Below are positions 12,608 through 25,589 of a DNA stretch of 64,000 bases, piece after piece. Each line of letters begins with the position of its first letter. Position 1 is the first letter of the stretch. This stretch comes from Dipteris shenzhenensis (Eukaryota). The translations under genes and the position numbers were made by a program. The notes below the pieces were generated by a model. The model worked only from the letters and a program-made list of their open reading frames with translations, made no database searches and had not been told where the DNA came from. The stretch is from NCBI GenBank assembly GCA_047967505.1, contig CM106538.1, one strand, 5' to 3'.

Positions 12608-12921
12608 ATGAATTTTATCTATTGCATTACTTGTCTTGACAATGGAAAGAAATACATTGGTCAAACTATAGACATCGTAAAGCGACTACAATAGCATAGG
12701 ACGAACCCACCAACTAAAATGCTCAATGATCTACACAAGTACGCCCCTTTGAAAGCCACTTCAAGATGCACATACTAGTGTCGACTGGAAGCAAAAAGGA
12801 GGCAAATATCTTGGAGCGCCAGCACATTCTACACCTAGGAACAACATTAATCTCGAGGGGTTACAATAACATAAAAGGAAACCCAGGAAGTCTTGGGTTA
12901 AAGCGGAGGAGACTTATTTAA
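12608..12921 (+). pseudogene. GIY-YIG endonuclease domain (one internal stop, one frameshift) at the 3' end of the Helitron-like element
   Basis: Manual translation from ATG 12608 gives MNFIYCITCLDNGKKYIGQTIDIVKRLQ*HRTNPPTKMLNDLHKY. After a -1 shift near 12748 it reads FESHFKMHILVSTGSKKEANILERQHILHLGTTLISRGYNNIKG. The (G)IY, YIG-x-T, R-x3-H, catalytic E and GYN motifs are present. Confidence 0.88.
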
Positions 12922-12965
12922 TTGCATTTTTTTGGGGGCTCGAATCTAGCCTATATTTTTGTTAC

Positions 12966-15080
12966 TCCGTTTTGAATCATGTACAAAAGCATTGAGCCGA
13001 TATCATCACTTTCGGGTACTTTTGACCTTTCAAGACGTTTGGAGAGAACTCGTGAGCACCCTGGTGCATGAGCTTTAGGCGCTGAACCCTCACCCACTCC
13101 ATGCGCGCACGTGCTGATTGATTGCTCATTGGGAAGGCTAAGGGTATGGAAGTCAGAACCCTCACCCACTCCATGGCCGCACATGCCGATCGATTGCTTA
13201 TTAGGATGTGAGTGCAAAGGCTAAGGATATGGAAGTCACCATTGGTGTGTTTGAGGAAGAAGCTGAGAAACAAGTTGGCCCAGCCTCATACGCCGAAACG
13301 ATGCCCAGGCACTTTGGTTGTGGTTTCTCTAAGGTCTCCGTAGAAGAAGCTTAGAGAATGGTGTGAGCTGGTGTGTAGAGGATCGATCAAGAGTCGGAGG
13401 GGAAAGGCCAACACGAAGCTAGGAAAAAAATTATGCATGCATGATGCAAGATTTCCATTGAACGGGTAAAACCGAAGCTACAGAAGCTTCATCATGGTGA
13501 TGTCTACATTTTCTTCACTGGGAGAGTGCCTACCTCAAAGGAATTGGAGGAGCTCTTGGCTTTTGAGTATATGATCTACCTTCCTACTGGTTTGTTTTCC
13601 TATGTATGTTGGAATAGGTTAGGAATGAGATGGTGGGAAAGTCCTTCTGGTTATGTGGTGTTGCCTTGCTTATAATCCCATGGACATTGGCTTTTAATGT
13701 CAATTCTTTTCTCTTCCATGAATGCCATGTTCAACACCTCGACCATCCTCCATGCACTTCTTTGAACCTTCCTACAATTCATCGATCTTCAGAGCTGCCT
13801 GGGTCTTCTTAATCTCGGTTTTCTTGGCATCAACCTCCTCCTCAGAGTGAGTGCTTCTTATACACAAAGCATGTGTCCAGAAATGGATCTAAGTTAAACC
13901 GTTGATAAGTTAACAAAGGATCCAAGCACACTTTGGACCAAAATAAGTTCTAGCAGTAGCTGATGGAACCATTAAGACTCTCTTGGAAAGGAAGCCAGAC
14001 AAGGAATTAATTGACAAGGTTGAGGATGCATCACATACTCTGTTTCGAATCATGTACAAAAACATTGAGCCGATATCATCACTTTCGGCTACTTTTGACT
14101 AATTCTGTTATGATTTACCTACATTAATCTTCAATAAATCGGTGCTCCTTTCAAAAAACAGATTTGTCCTTCAAGAAAACAGTGTTCATTTCTCAATATC
14201 ATTTAATAGTGTCTAACCAACAACATGAACACTTTTGGCTATTTTAGGATCATTCAATTATGAGTTAACTACATTAAAGTTTAGAAAACTACAAAAGAAA
14301 TTAGTGTTCATTTCTACGACAGTCTCATTTAACAATAAAACAAAAAACGCAACCAAAAAAAAAAAGCACAATGCACAGTGCTTACGATTATGCCTCACTA
14401 CTATCTACCTACTGCCAATCTAGTTTACTCTTTTAGGACGTTTGAAGAGAACTCATGAGCACCCTGGTGCATGCAAGCTTCGGGTGGTGAACCCTCCATG
14501 CGTGCACGTGTCAATTGATTGCTCATTAGGAAGGCTAAGGATATGGAAGTCAGAACCCTCACCCACTCCATGCCCGCATGTGCCGATTGATTGATCCTTA
14601 GGATGTGAGTGCAAAGGCTAAGGATATGGAAGTCACCATTGGTGTGTTTGAGGAAGAAGCTAAGAAACAAGTTGGCCCAGCCTCATATGCCGAAATGATG
14701 CTGAGGTGCTTTGGTTGTAGTTTCTCTAAGATCTCTACAGAAGAAGCTCAAAGGATGGTGCCAGCCGATGTGCAGAGGATCGACCAAGAGTTGGAGGGGA
14801 AAGGCCAACATGAAGCTAGGAAAAAATTTGTGCATGCATGATGCAAGATTTCCATTGAACAAGTAAAACTGGAGCTAGAGAAGCTTCATCATGGTGTTGT
14901 CTACCTTTTCTTCATTGGGAGACTGCCTACCTCAAAGGAGTTGGAGGAGTTCCTGGCTTTTGAGTATATGATCTACCTTCCTACTAGTTTGTATTCCTAT
15001 GTGTATCGGAATAAGTTAGGAATGAGCTAGTGGGAAAGTCCTTCTGGTTTTGTGGTGTTGCCTTGCTTATAATCCCATCG
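12966..15080 (+). repeat. Two diverged copies of a ~700-bp LINE 5'/ORF1-like block (about 12966-13690 and 14039-15080; second copy split by a ~330-bp insert at about 14100-14428)
   Basis: Direct alignment by eye, e.g. GGAAGTCACCATTGGTGTGTTTGAGGAAGAAGC at about 13230 and 14628. Near-identical antisense ORFs 12977-13273 and 14425-14670. Confidence 0.85.
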
Positions 15081-15149
15081 GCATTGTCTTTATCATGGGG
15101 ATCAGCAGTGGCCGATGGTTGCTCCATGGAGATGGTGCATGCTCTACTA

Positions 15150-16420
15150 GATCCTACTGATGTTACAGTTTCTGTTGCCCAAATGGCAAGGTTGGCTGCT
15201 CAACCCTTCTATGAGTAGGAGCTAAGGCAAGCACTTGACATGAAAAAGTCCCTAGGGCTTGATGGTCTAATCAAGAAGTTTTATGTTGCCTTTTAGGACT
15301 TACTAAAAGAAGATCCGGTGGCCATGGCTAGTGATGCAATGGCCAAGGGGTATCTATCTGAAGGAGTCAACATTAGACTTGTGAAGCTCTTTCCAAAATG
15401 ACAAAATCATATGAAAGTCAATCATTGGCATCTGATTACAACGTTAAACACTTGACATAAATTGATTGCTAAGGTCTCAATGCTTAGGATCAAAGAGGAA
15501 TGCATGGGTGTGGTAAATAGAGAACAAACTAGAAGAGTCAACTTTGAGAATATTTTGAATGTACAGGTCTTGATTATGCATGTGCCTTTGGTCAAAGATG
15601 TCTGTTGTTTGGCTTTGATTTGGACAAAGCCTATGACCAAATTTGATGGGACTATATTTGCCAAGTGTTAAGGCAGTTGGGCATATGGAACGATGGTGGA
15701 GAGACTATTTGGAAATACTTTGGCAATCTTATGCTAAAATCAGCGGGGGGGGAAGATATGAGCTTAGGAGGTCGAGTCGACAAGGGTGCCTTTTTTCCTT
15801 ATGTATAGTTCTGCATTTATCCTTGTTGGAAAAGGATGTTGCAGAGGGTTTAGATTGTGGGTTTGAGGCTTCTCTCATGTGAGCAACTATGTGCTCAACT
15901 ATTTGGTGATGACGTGGTAGCATTCTCGACGACCACGGTTTATGTTTCATCTATCTTGAATTTTTTAAATTGCACTAGATGGAGGTGGAAAGAATGCTTC
16001 AAAAGTTTATATGGTGGGCAGATGAGGAAGGAGAGGTATTCATTATATTGCGTCGGAGTCATTTTCGATGGCCACGGTTTATGTTTCATCTATCTGGTAT
16101 TTTTTTAAATTGCACTAGATGGAGGTGGAAAGAATGCTTCAAAAGTTTATATGGTGGGCAGATGAGGAAGGAGAGGTATTCATTATATTGCCTAATGTGT
16201 AGATTCGAAATGTAGCCATGTTGAGGAAATGGATGCCGAATATGTTTGAATCCTGAGCCCCTTGGATTCAATGTGTTAACTAGTTTGCAGAGAAGGATCA
16301 GGGTGCTCGGGTAGGTTCTTGGACTAGCCTACCTTGTTATGATAAGATTGTCTCTACCTTCCCAATTAAGAACTTTGGTTCTGATTTTTTTGATCTAGGC
16401 CTCTAAAGACTCATTGGGAG
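15150..16420 (+). mobile_element. Decayed L1-type LINE reverse transcriptase
   Basis: KSLGLDGL..KFY (cf. KSPGPDG), LDLDKAYD, RQGCL and QLFGDD motifs in order, with many stops. Internal ~140-bp tandem duplication at about 15921-16191. Confidence 0.85.
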
Positions 16421-16686
16421 TTTTGTGCAAGAGCTATTCATTGGCCACATGGTAATTGCTACTCTAATAGCGTAGGCCACGGTAGTTGGCCCCTTGTAGT
16501 TGGCCACATGGTAACTACTTTGCCTTAGTTACATGCACAACCATGAAAAAACACGGTCCTAAGTGTGTTAATTAAACAAGTACTTATCGGATAGGGGCTC
16601 TACTTTTCACACAAGTCTGTTTCAACTAGGTTGAGGTACGCACAAAGTATTGCCACCATCGGATATGCTTTGCATGGTCGATCATG

Positions 16687-16688
<2 letters not shown>

Positions 16689-16724
<36 letters not shown>

Positions 16725-17125
16725 CCCAAGCTTGCAGCAAGATCTACTTGATCTCTCTCTCTCCCTATCTGCCACTCTCTCAGTCTCTCTCTTTCTGTCA
16801 GGCTCTCCAGCAAGATCCCCCTTCTCTCTCTCTACCTGCCCCCCCCCTCTCTCTCTCTCTCTCCTCTCTTGTTTTTTATCCTCTTTTCTCTCTTGGGCCC
16901 CTCTCTTTTCTCTCTCTCCCCCTCTTTTCTCTCCTCCCTGTCTTGTCTTTCCCCCTCTTTTTTCTCTCTTTCCACCTCTCTTTTTCCTCTTTCATCCCCT
17001 CTTTTCCATGTCTTTTACCTCTGATCTTTTCCCCTCTCTTGTCTCTTCCCCTCACTTGTATTTCCCCCTCCCTCACTTGGGGCTGAGAGGGAGGAAGAGA
17101 AGACTGAGGAAGAGGAGGCGGGGAC
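16689..17125. repeat. (CT)n microsatellite and polypyrimidine low-complexity tract
   Basis: Directly visible; the overlapping ORFs are low-complexity artefacts. Confidence 0.95.
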
Positions 17126-18624
17126 TGAAGCTGCGGGTCGGGCGACGGGGCACATAGGTAAGTTCGGGCATTTTATTTCGAGCCTCTTGCTATGCAATGC
17201 TGAAGTGCTAAATAGCATAATTTAAATAAGTAGACCAAGCCATTACATCTCCAAAGTCCTATCTACAATAATTGAGACTAAAGAGCAATAAAGACCGCAC
17301 ATGCCAACAAATTTAGATGCCCTCGTACCAAGTAAAACTAGCCTTTTGGATCGTTGGCAAGTAATAGACACAACAACATTACAACAAGGAGAACCAACTA
17401 CTAAATACTTTGTACACCTCGACTTCAAACATTCTACCACATCAAGTAGAACTAGCCAAAAGATATCCATAAATATTAAAGTTTCATGCTATCTCATAAT
17501 CAAAATATTCATCAAGAAAACATTATTCTAGCAAAAATGACAAACCTCCTCACATTCATTAGCAAGACAAAGCTCTTCACAACTAAGTAATGATTATATG
17601 CTTGATCTCTTCAAACATATAACAAAAGTGGTTTGCAACATTTTCTTACTCTACATTCCATATAGTATCTCATAATAATCTTGACTAGGCATAGCCTTGA
17701 TTCCCAAGTTAAGTTCTTATATAGGGCTCAGGGACTAGCATCTGTGCTCCAAGTTGTTTTATGGTGGTGGGGTTTCTACAACCTCCCTGTTGCCTTCTCT
17801 ATCCTCCATAAAGTGCTCTAGGTAGAGGACTCCACATCTTGGGTAAATTGATTGTGGTGTCCAACTCCTAGAGTCGATAGCCTCTAGGAACTCGGCTTGG
17901 GATGGTGGGTTCTTTATCTTGGTGACTTTAGTTCTAATTGTCATCATCTCCGTGCCCTAGTCATGCAATACTCTAGCTAGAAGTATGACAATGCATAAGG
18001 GGATCCCTGATCAATAGAAGAAAGGAAATCACGTGCTATCAACTACAGCATGCCTTCATTCAGACTCATGAATCCCATGATATTACCTAGTTACTTGGAG
18101 CACGCAATTCTACCATGCTACTAGGGAGTGGTGCAGTCACCTTGTGTACTACATAGGTATCTCGAGGCATTACAGGAGGTAGATTATGAGATGCACGAGA
18201 CCAAGCAACATGCAAGTATCTAAGCAAAGAAGGATTTTGTAGGGTAAGCATGTACATGATCCGTAGTCACAATGTTAGCGGTTAACTAGGCACCTATAGT
18301 TAACTCTAGTACTAAATAATACCTAGGGGGGTTGATTGTCATGGTCAACGCCCTAAAGTAGTTATTCAGTTATATGCATGTAACTACTAGACTCATGCTA
18401 GAGAGTCTTGTGAATAGAACAGAACTCTGAAATGAATCATATTGCAATGACATTGTGTCTATCAGTTCTACTGTAATCTTTTGCTATAATGAATTCAAAA
18501 GAGCTTATCAGATGGAAGGAATTAAGGAAGCTTAATGCCATGTTAGAAGGCACAAGAGACATGGAGGAAAGTGATAGCAATTTGATGAAGCAAGAGACCA
18601 AGATGAAGCAAATGAAGGCTTGCA

Positions 18625-18690
18625 TCCCACAAGGGAATGGTTAAGCGGAAAGTGCGAATCAAGTGTTGGTGAAGATCTTGATTCAATTGT
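18625..18690 (+). mobile_element. Ty3/gypsy integrase fragment
   Basis: PQGNG*AESANQVLVKIL resembles the integrase PQxNGxxE motif. Confidence 0.55.
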
Positions 18691-19981
18691 CAAAGGAGAA
18701 TGATGATGTAAGAAAGACGGCTGGGTGTGATTGAAGAAGGAAGAAGTTATTCCTATTCTAGAAGAAGATGATCGAAAGCAAGAAGCCGATGGTCATAAAG
18801 TACGAAACAATCGACAAGCAAGCAATGTGAAAGATAGCACGTAAAGAAGACCAAAGTTCTGATTGAAGTTTGTGATCATTACCTTCATGGAGGATCGAGT
18901 GGCAAATGTCGGACACATGAGAATAGGAGACTCCTACCCAAAGAGGTCACACTTATTTTACTAGGGCAAGAGCCTGGTTTGAAGCCTTGAGTCAAACTGA
19001 CACCCAACAACAACAACAAGATGGTGAAAGCAATGAGGATGTTCCGAGCAGGGAAGGATCCTCTATGGATTCTACTCGAAGTTTAGAGTATCTAGAAGCG
19101 GAGGAAGCAAATCCATATGGGTTGAGTCAATGGCTCCTTCTCTTCCTGGTTGTAAGCTATGTAGGAGTGATTTTGAGGCTCACATACGTGATGCAGTGCT
19201 CACTATCTATATTTGCATCGCCATTCACTTGTGGCCTCACGTATTGATGCTACACCTTCAAGAGTTCTCTGGACTATCGTGGGATCTCTTTTGGTTGGCC
19301 GTAAGACTCCACTCAGGCTATGCATATTGGTTGCAAACTCCATTAGCCTTGAAGAACATTCAAGGTAGGCAGCTTTGGTGAATTGGTGGTAGCATCATCG
19401 ATTGGCTGAGAAAAACCCACGGCAACACATCCATTAGATGTAAGAATTTGCTTGCATTAGCTTTGATAGCATGAAATGCAATGCCTATTGTTTGCACTAA
19501 TTATGCAACTACTTGAGGACCTCAACATATACACACATGAGCTGATCGTGAGTCCCATCTTAAGTAAGACTGCCCATACAGGCTCATATTGCATATAGAC
19601 TGACTGTCATAAGCCTAGCATGAAGCATAGATTCGCCAAGAATATAAAAATATGACGCATCTACGTGAAAAACGGCCAATTAATGTATCTATATGATTGT
19701 CTTTGCTAGTTGGGATCTGGCGCAACCTCTACAAGATACTCTATGGGAGGAAAACGTTTTTTATTACCTCATACATATAGTCGAGCTCCTTTGAGGTGAT
19801 TAGGAAGCATGTATTTGTTGCACTATCTCTATCACTTATGCCATGCAAGCATTAGTATCATGCATAAATTCTATGCATATATGTAGTTACAACTAACTTT
19901 ATAGAGTCGCCATTTACTTAAAGGGGCTCGATTACATTACTTAGTCCTTTCTGCGGCATACAGTGGGAGCCTAAATCTTAA

Positions 19982-20165
19982 ACACACACACACACACACA
20001 CATGCATGCACACACGCACGCACACGCATGTGCGTGCGCACACATAGACCACCTTGTTAGCTTATGGTAAGTATACTTTACACACACACACACACACACA
20101 TGCACACACACACACTTGCATGCACATGCACACACACGAATGCATGCACGAGTGTGCGCACACAT
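19982..20165. repeat. Duplicated (CA)n/(RY)n microsatellite
   Basis: Two alternating purine-pyrimidine tracts, each ending GTGCGCACACATAGA. Confidence 0.9.
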
Positions 20166-20554
20166 AGAATCATACAATGGCTCCTTATTATATAGTTTAC
20201 TATTGAAATGGCTACTTTAGTGCATTGCATACTTTGCCCCCTCGATTTCTCCCCATCTCCTCTTTAATCGGTTTCATGAAGAGTGGTTCTCAACTAAAAT
20301 GCATCTAGGATGCATTGCAATCCTTTTATGAGCAAGGGATCAAGATGAAGGACTTGTAAAATGTAGCGCAACTTGCAACAACATTACATGAAGGGACCAC
20401 AAGGCTGAGGAACCATTAGTTCTTACTAATTGCTCATTGCTACAGTATAAATTGTGATCCTCATCTTCCCATCATTCTCAATTTCTCAAAGGTAAAGTTT
20501 TCTTCTTATTGGTTTTTCTTTTAATTGAGGAGATTAGCCAATCGCACATACTAT

Positions 20555-21230
20555 GAATGCAAAGTGCTATTTATTGAATGCAAATGCAAATTCTCTATGC
20601 TAATTACCAACTACAAAGTGCTATGTGCCAAATTCAAATTGCTATATGATATAATTGCTATGTGCTAAGTGCAAATCTATATGAAACCCAAGGAAGGGCA
20701 CGTTCCTTGGTCTTATAATTTTAGGAGAGGAATTGTGCCAACCCTCCCCCCACACAATTGTGTGGTTATGTGCTAAATGCAAAGTACTACAAGCTAAATG
20801 CAAAGTGCTATGTGCCAAATTTAAATTACTATGTGCAAATTTCAAATTGTTTTGTGCTAATTACAAATTAGGTTGAACCCAAGGAAGGGCACGTTCCTTG
20901 GTCTTATAATTTTTGGAGAGGAAATATGCCCAACTCTCACCCCACACAAAATGTGTGGTTGTGTGCTAAAGTGCAAAGTACTATAAGCCAAATGCAAAGT
21001 CCTATGTTCCAAATTCAAATTGCTTTGTGCTAAATGCAAATGAAATGAACCATAAGAAATGGTGCACTCCTTGGTCTTGTGAATTTTGGAGAGAAAGTGT
21101 GCCAACTCTTCCCCCCACAAATATGTGGTTACGTGCTAAATGCAAAATACTATGTGCATAATGTAAATTTGCTATATGCAGAATGCAAAGTGCTATGTGC
21201 AAAATTCAAATTTTCTAGAATCAAAATGTG
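20555..21230. repeat. Hierarchical tandem repeat: about three ~170-190-bp units built from ~21-bp subrepeats
   Basis: AACCCAAGGAAGGGCACGTTCCTTGGTCTT recurs at about 20685 and 20876, with a diverged copy at about 21048. TGTGCTAAATGCAAAGT-like subunits lie between them. Confidence 0.85.
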
Positions 21231-21429
21231 TAGTTATATGCTGAAATTATGAAGTTCAAATAAATGTATTCTCCGTCAATATAGCTACCTTCCCGGATCT
21301 AGTTAAGGATTGTGACAAATAGTAAATGAAATGTAGAGTTGCTCTCAGTTACAAACAAGTTTGCATGACCCACCTTTGATAGGTCCTACAAACTCTTACC
21401 ACAGCATGTGCGCTTTTTTTGTGTGCTAA

Positions 21430-21800
21430 GAGTCTAAGAGAGGCAATCTAAGAGTTCAAGAGGTAGTGATAATCCAAGAGCTATGGATAGTCCAAGCGTC
21501 CAAGGGTTACACGTGGCATAGTCCAAGAGCATGTGGTTGTCTAAGAGTTCAAGGGTGGTAGTTGAAGATCCTTTGGTAGCCTAAGAGTCCAAGGGTGGTA
21601 GTCCAACAACTTGTGGTAGTTCAAGGGTGGTAGTTCAAGAGCCCACAGTAGTTTAAGAGTTGAAGGGTGGTCGTAAAAGTCAAGTGTCCAAGGGTGGTAA
21701 TCCAAGAGGTAGTGATAGTTGTGGCATGAGGCAGCATTTCCTAAGCTCTTCTCCAACTTGCCACTTGTCTCCAAGAGTCCAAGAGTGGGATGAGGCAGCA
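21430..21800. repeat. Degenerate minisatellite (CCAAGAGT/CAAGGGTGGTAGT units)
   Basis: Recurrent motif visible in the sequence. Confidence 0.7.
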
Positions 21801-22824
21801 TTTCTTAAGAGCGTGGCCACATGGAGCCGTGAAACCTCTTGAACTGCCCAAAAAAGATCTGGACCTCTGATGTCCTCCATGTGCAGATTTCAACCAAAAG
21901 TTCAGCAATGTGGCCACATGCTAAGCAGACGGATGTGGGCAAAGTATAGGCTCCAACTATAGGGCACACTAGTCCATGCAATCTACAAGTTGCAGCATGC
22001 TAGGCAAGGCAATGGAGGCTTAGGAGGTGCGACAGTGGGGGCTTTTTGTTCCACCTCCATGCCTCCATTTTGCAATGGGGTGGAGTTCAAGGCATTCAAT
22101 CTCCATTCAGTAAGAGAGGTTGCCATTCATAGCGGATTCAGCTGCTTTGACACTATCGGATTCATCTGATTGCCCTGCCTTAGCATATGGCTTGAATTTT
22201 GCCCACTTTACCTCCTCGAACCTCCGAAACGGCGATGCATGTGGTGGGGCTCTAAGCTCTTCACTTTGTAAAAAAAGAGTCTAGTTTTTTTTTCCCATGG
22301 GTAATATATAATAAATGTGTTCTTAAAGAAAGAATCAATCGTGCAACAAATATATACCTAACATGTGACGATGGCGAAGCAAAAAGCAAGTACGTTATAA
22401 GAGGTGGTTCACCAACTTGGAATTCCGTTGACGGGTTGTGGTGAAAGAGGCCGGAGTTGGGAGGAAATCACGATGTGGGAGCATATGAAGACACCAAATA
22501 TGTGTGTGGTGTGCCGAGGGGGAGAAGGGCGACGTGAATTGGAATTGGGAGGGGTGTGTGTGTGTGGGGAAGGAAGCGGCGGCAGCAGCAACAACACAAG
22601 GAGCATCGTATGAATCGGCAAAGTCAAAAAACCCTCGAGAGATGAATCGGACAAGCCACGCATGCATGGGAACTCCGCCATTGCCCAGCGGAGCCCCTCC
22701 CCTTGCCATTTCCATCTGCTTCATATATTATTCGTCTTCCTCTCCATTCTGCATGCCTCCTCCTTTGCACATTCATCTCCCCCCTTAGCTCTTCCCCTCT
22801 TTCCCCTTTTGCCCTCCTCCCCTC

Positions 22825-24827
22825 ATGGCTTCAATCGCCCATTGCCCCTCCGTTTCTTTCTCCCTCCTCTCGCCATCCCCCCATTCCTCCTCCTCCTCCC
22901 CTCTCGTCCCTTCCCTTAAAAGATCCTCCTTCTCGGGCGTCTCCTTGCGTGGCACCTCTCCATCTCTCTGTGTTCCTCCTCCTGCTGCCACCAATCCTGC
23001 TGGCTTTGCGTTTGCTGCCGCCTCCAAGCTCGTAACCGAGAAACCCAAAACCAAACAAGATCTGGTAAGATCTTTGCTTTCTTCTTTCTTCCCCTGGAAG
23101 GCAATCTTGTCTTCTGGCTAAAGATGCAAGTTCGAAATTTGCTCTTCAGTTATCGTGCTTCAAACTTTGCTTTCTAACATTCAATTATATGAGAGCTCGT
23201 CTGTGTGTCCTCAGCCAAGGTTTGAGACTACGTAGTTGGCAACGCCTTACTGGCTGCTTTGGGTCCATCGAATTATAGAATTTCCTGTGTTTTGGGCCTT
23301 CGATCCTTCATGTTCATGTGTTTTAAATGTGCTCCAACCTCTCTTATGTGTCTATTTCCTTTACTTAGACGAGGTGTTGGATTTTCCGTAACAGCGAGTC
23401 GAATTTCAGCATTAATCAGTCCATTATTCACGTTCTCAAGTTTTATTTACTTTGGATCTCGGGATTTTCTTCATAGCAGCTACCTGTTATTGCTCGCCGT
23501 GCTGTGCTCAATGTAATGATTCTGTATTGTTTCTGTTTAGCTGATCACGAGGGAGGAAGGACTTGTTTTATATGAGGACATGGTGCTAGGAAGAACTTTT
23601 GAGGACATGTGTGCACAGATGTACTACCGAGGGAAAATGTTTGGATTCGTACATCTGTACAATGGGCAAGAAGCTGTGTCCACTGGCTTTATCAAAGCTC
23701 TTAAAGACACGGATTATATCTGTAGTACATATAGAGACCATGTTCATGCTCTAAGCAAAGGGGTTTCTGCTCGAGCAGTGATGAGTGAACTCTTTGGGAA
23801 AGCTACTGGATGTTGCCGTGGTCAGGGTGGATCTATGCACATGTTCTCGAAAGAACATAGGGTTCTTGGTGGCTTTGCCTTTATTGGAGAGGGAATCCCT
23901 GTTGCCACAGGAGCTGCTTTCAGTTCTAAATATGAAAGAGAGGTGCTAAAAATCGAAAAGGCTGATGGTGTTACTGTGGCTTTCTTTGGAGATGGAACCT
24001 GCAATAATGGCCAATTCTTCGAGTGCTTGAATATGGCTGCTCTGTGGAAGTTACCAATTATTTTTGTTGTGGAAAATAATCTTTGGGCCATTGGTATGTC
24101 GCATATTAGAGCCACTTCTGTGCCAGAGATATGGAAGAAAGGACCTGCTTTTGGAATGCCCGGAATTCATGTGGACGGAATGGACGTGTTGAAGGTGAGA
24201 GAGGTAGCCCAAGAAGCTATTCTTCGAGCAAGGCGAGGGGATGGACCCACGCTTGTGGAATGTGAGACCTACCGTTTTAGGGGGCATTCTCTTGCTGATC
24301 CAGATGAGCTTCGTAGGCCTGGTAAGTGCGATGCCATTCTGCTTTGAAAATTATTTTATCTATCTTTTATTTGGTTGATGGTCTTCTTTAGTGATTCCCC
24401 GAACTTTTCTTTTTCTTTCTTCTGGTTAAATTCTGTGACTGCCGTCCTGATGAGTTGCTGGTTTCCAGAGCCTTGCTGGCAACTGAACGTAGCAGTGGCT
24501 ATATAACTCACATCTGTCATATTGGTCTATGTTTTGATTTTTTGTGCAGCTGAGAAAGCCCACTATGCGGCAAGGGATCCCATCGTAGCACTGAAGAAGT
24601 ATCTTTTAGAGAACACGCTTGCCAGTGAGGATGATTTGAAGGCCATTCATAAGAAAATTGATGAGATTGTGGAAGAGGCGGTAGAATTTGCTGATGCAAG
24701 TCCCCTTCCTCCTAGGAGTCAACTTTTGGAGAATGTTTTTGCAGACCCAAAGGGTTTTGGTATTGGTCCAGATGGAAAATACAGATGTGAGGATCCGGGT
24801 TTTACAGCGGGAACAGCAAAGGTCTAA
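22825..24827 (+). CDS. PDH-E1alpha: Plastid pyruvate dehydrogenase E1 alpha subunit; exons 22825-23064, 23541-24321, 24550-24827 (432 aa)
   Basis: GT-AG introns 23065-23540 (phase 0) and 24322-24549 (phase 1) join into one frame. Ser-rich transit peptide; [15 protein letters not shown] motif GDG-x-NN ([13 protein letters not shown]...VENN); [12 protein letters not shown]. The C-terminal [13 protein letters not shown] is typical of the plastid form. Confidence 0.96.
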
Positions 24828-25589
24828 ATTTCCTGCCAACCCCACATGGCTGGATAGATATCTTATTCCATGTACTTAGAAAACAGCAAAAGCAAGATGG
24901 TGAAGTTCAAGTCCCAGCTTTGGATAGGGCAAAAGAAATTGATTTCAGCGCATACTCATCTTTGAGAGATCAGTTGTACGGGGAGGGTGCTAGTTACTAG
25001 GAGACCGCAAGAGCAATCCCTGAGCTTAATTTTACTCGAGCCTTTCCATGCTATGTAACACGTCTAATTGTTTTTTTAGAGGCAAGCAAGCATTTTTGTT
25101 TTTCCTAACCACTCAATTCAACTGGTATTCCTTTTCTGTAAACAAAGGGACCAAGAATCGAATTAATGTAACCACATTGATGGGGTATTTTTGCTTTTGA
25201 ATTGCTAGGCCAACGCATTTGCATTTGACCTTTGGTGTCCCAACCTTCTTAGTGAATCAACCTGTTCGTAACTTCAGGTGTGAATATACTACACCTTCTT
25301 GAGCTTAAAGGACTGTTTCCATGAATCCATTGCAATGAAGGTTATACTAGCTGACCAGACCTAGGCCAACACTGACCCCAAAGTGGGGTGTAAAGCCCCA
25401 AGACCGGGCTAATGTGAACCAGCTAAATAATTTTGGGTGCGGTCAAATTCTGTCATGTTTGGGATATCTAACAACTAGATCATACATGCTCATCTTGTTG
25501 GTGACATAGGACATTCATGCACTAAAAATGCCCGTACCAAATATATATTGGGCCTACAAAGAGGTCTCCTTGCCATCCTCTAAGCACAG

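Noticed and set aside
9203-12903. Possible Helitron boundaries: AGACTT/AAGTCT inverted 6-mers with TGGGTT(T/A)AAG near-direct repeats, and a short hairpin at about 12880-12899
   Set aside because: Too short and imperfect to exceed chance without other copies for comparison.
16631-17157. 151-157 aa ORFs here, and antisense ORFs over the PPR, PDH and hAT genes elsewhere
   Set aside because: Products of microsatellite low complexity or shadows of real coding strands.
20555-21230. Repeat-spacer appearance reminiscent of a CRISPR array
   Set aside because: The intervening sequences are themselves repeats, the units are degenerate, the context is eukaryotic and there are no cas genes.
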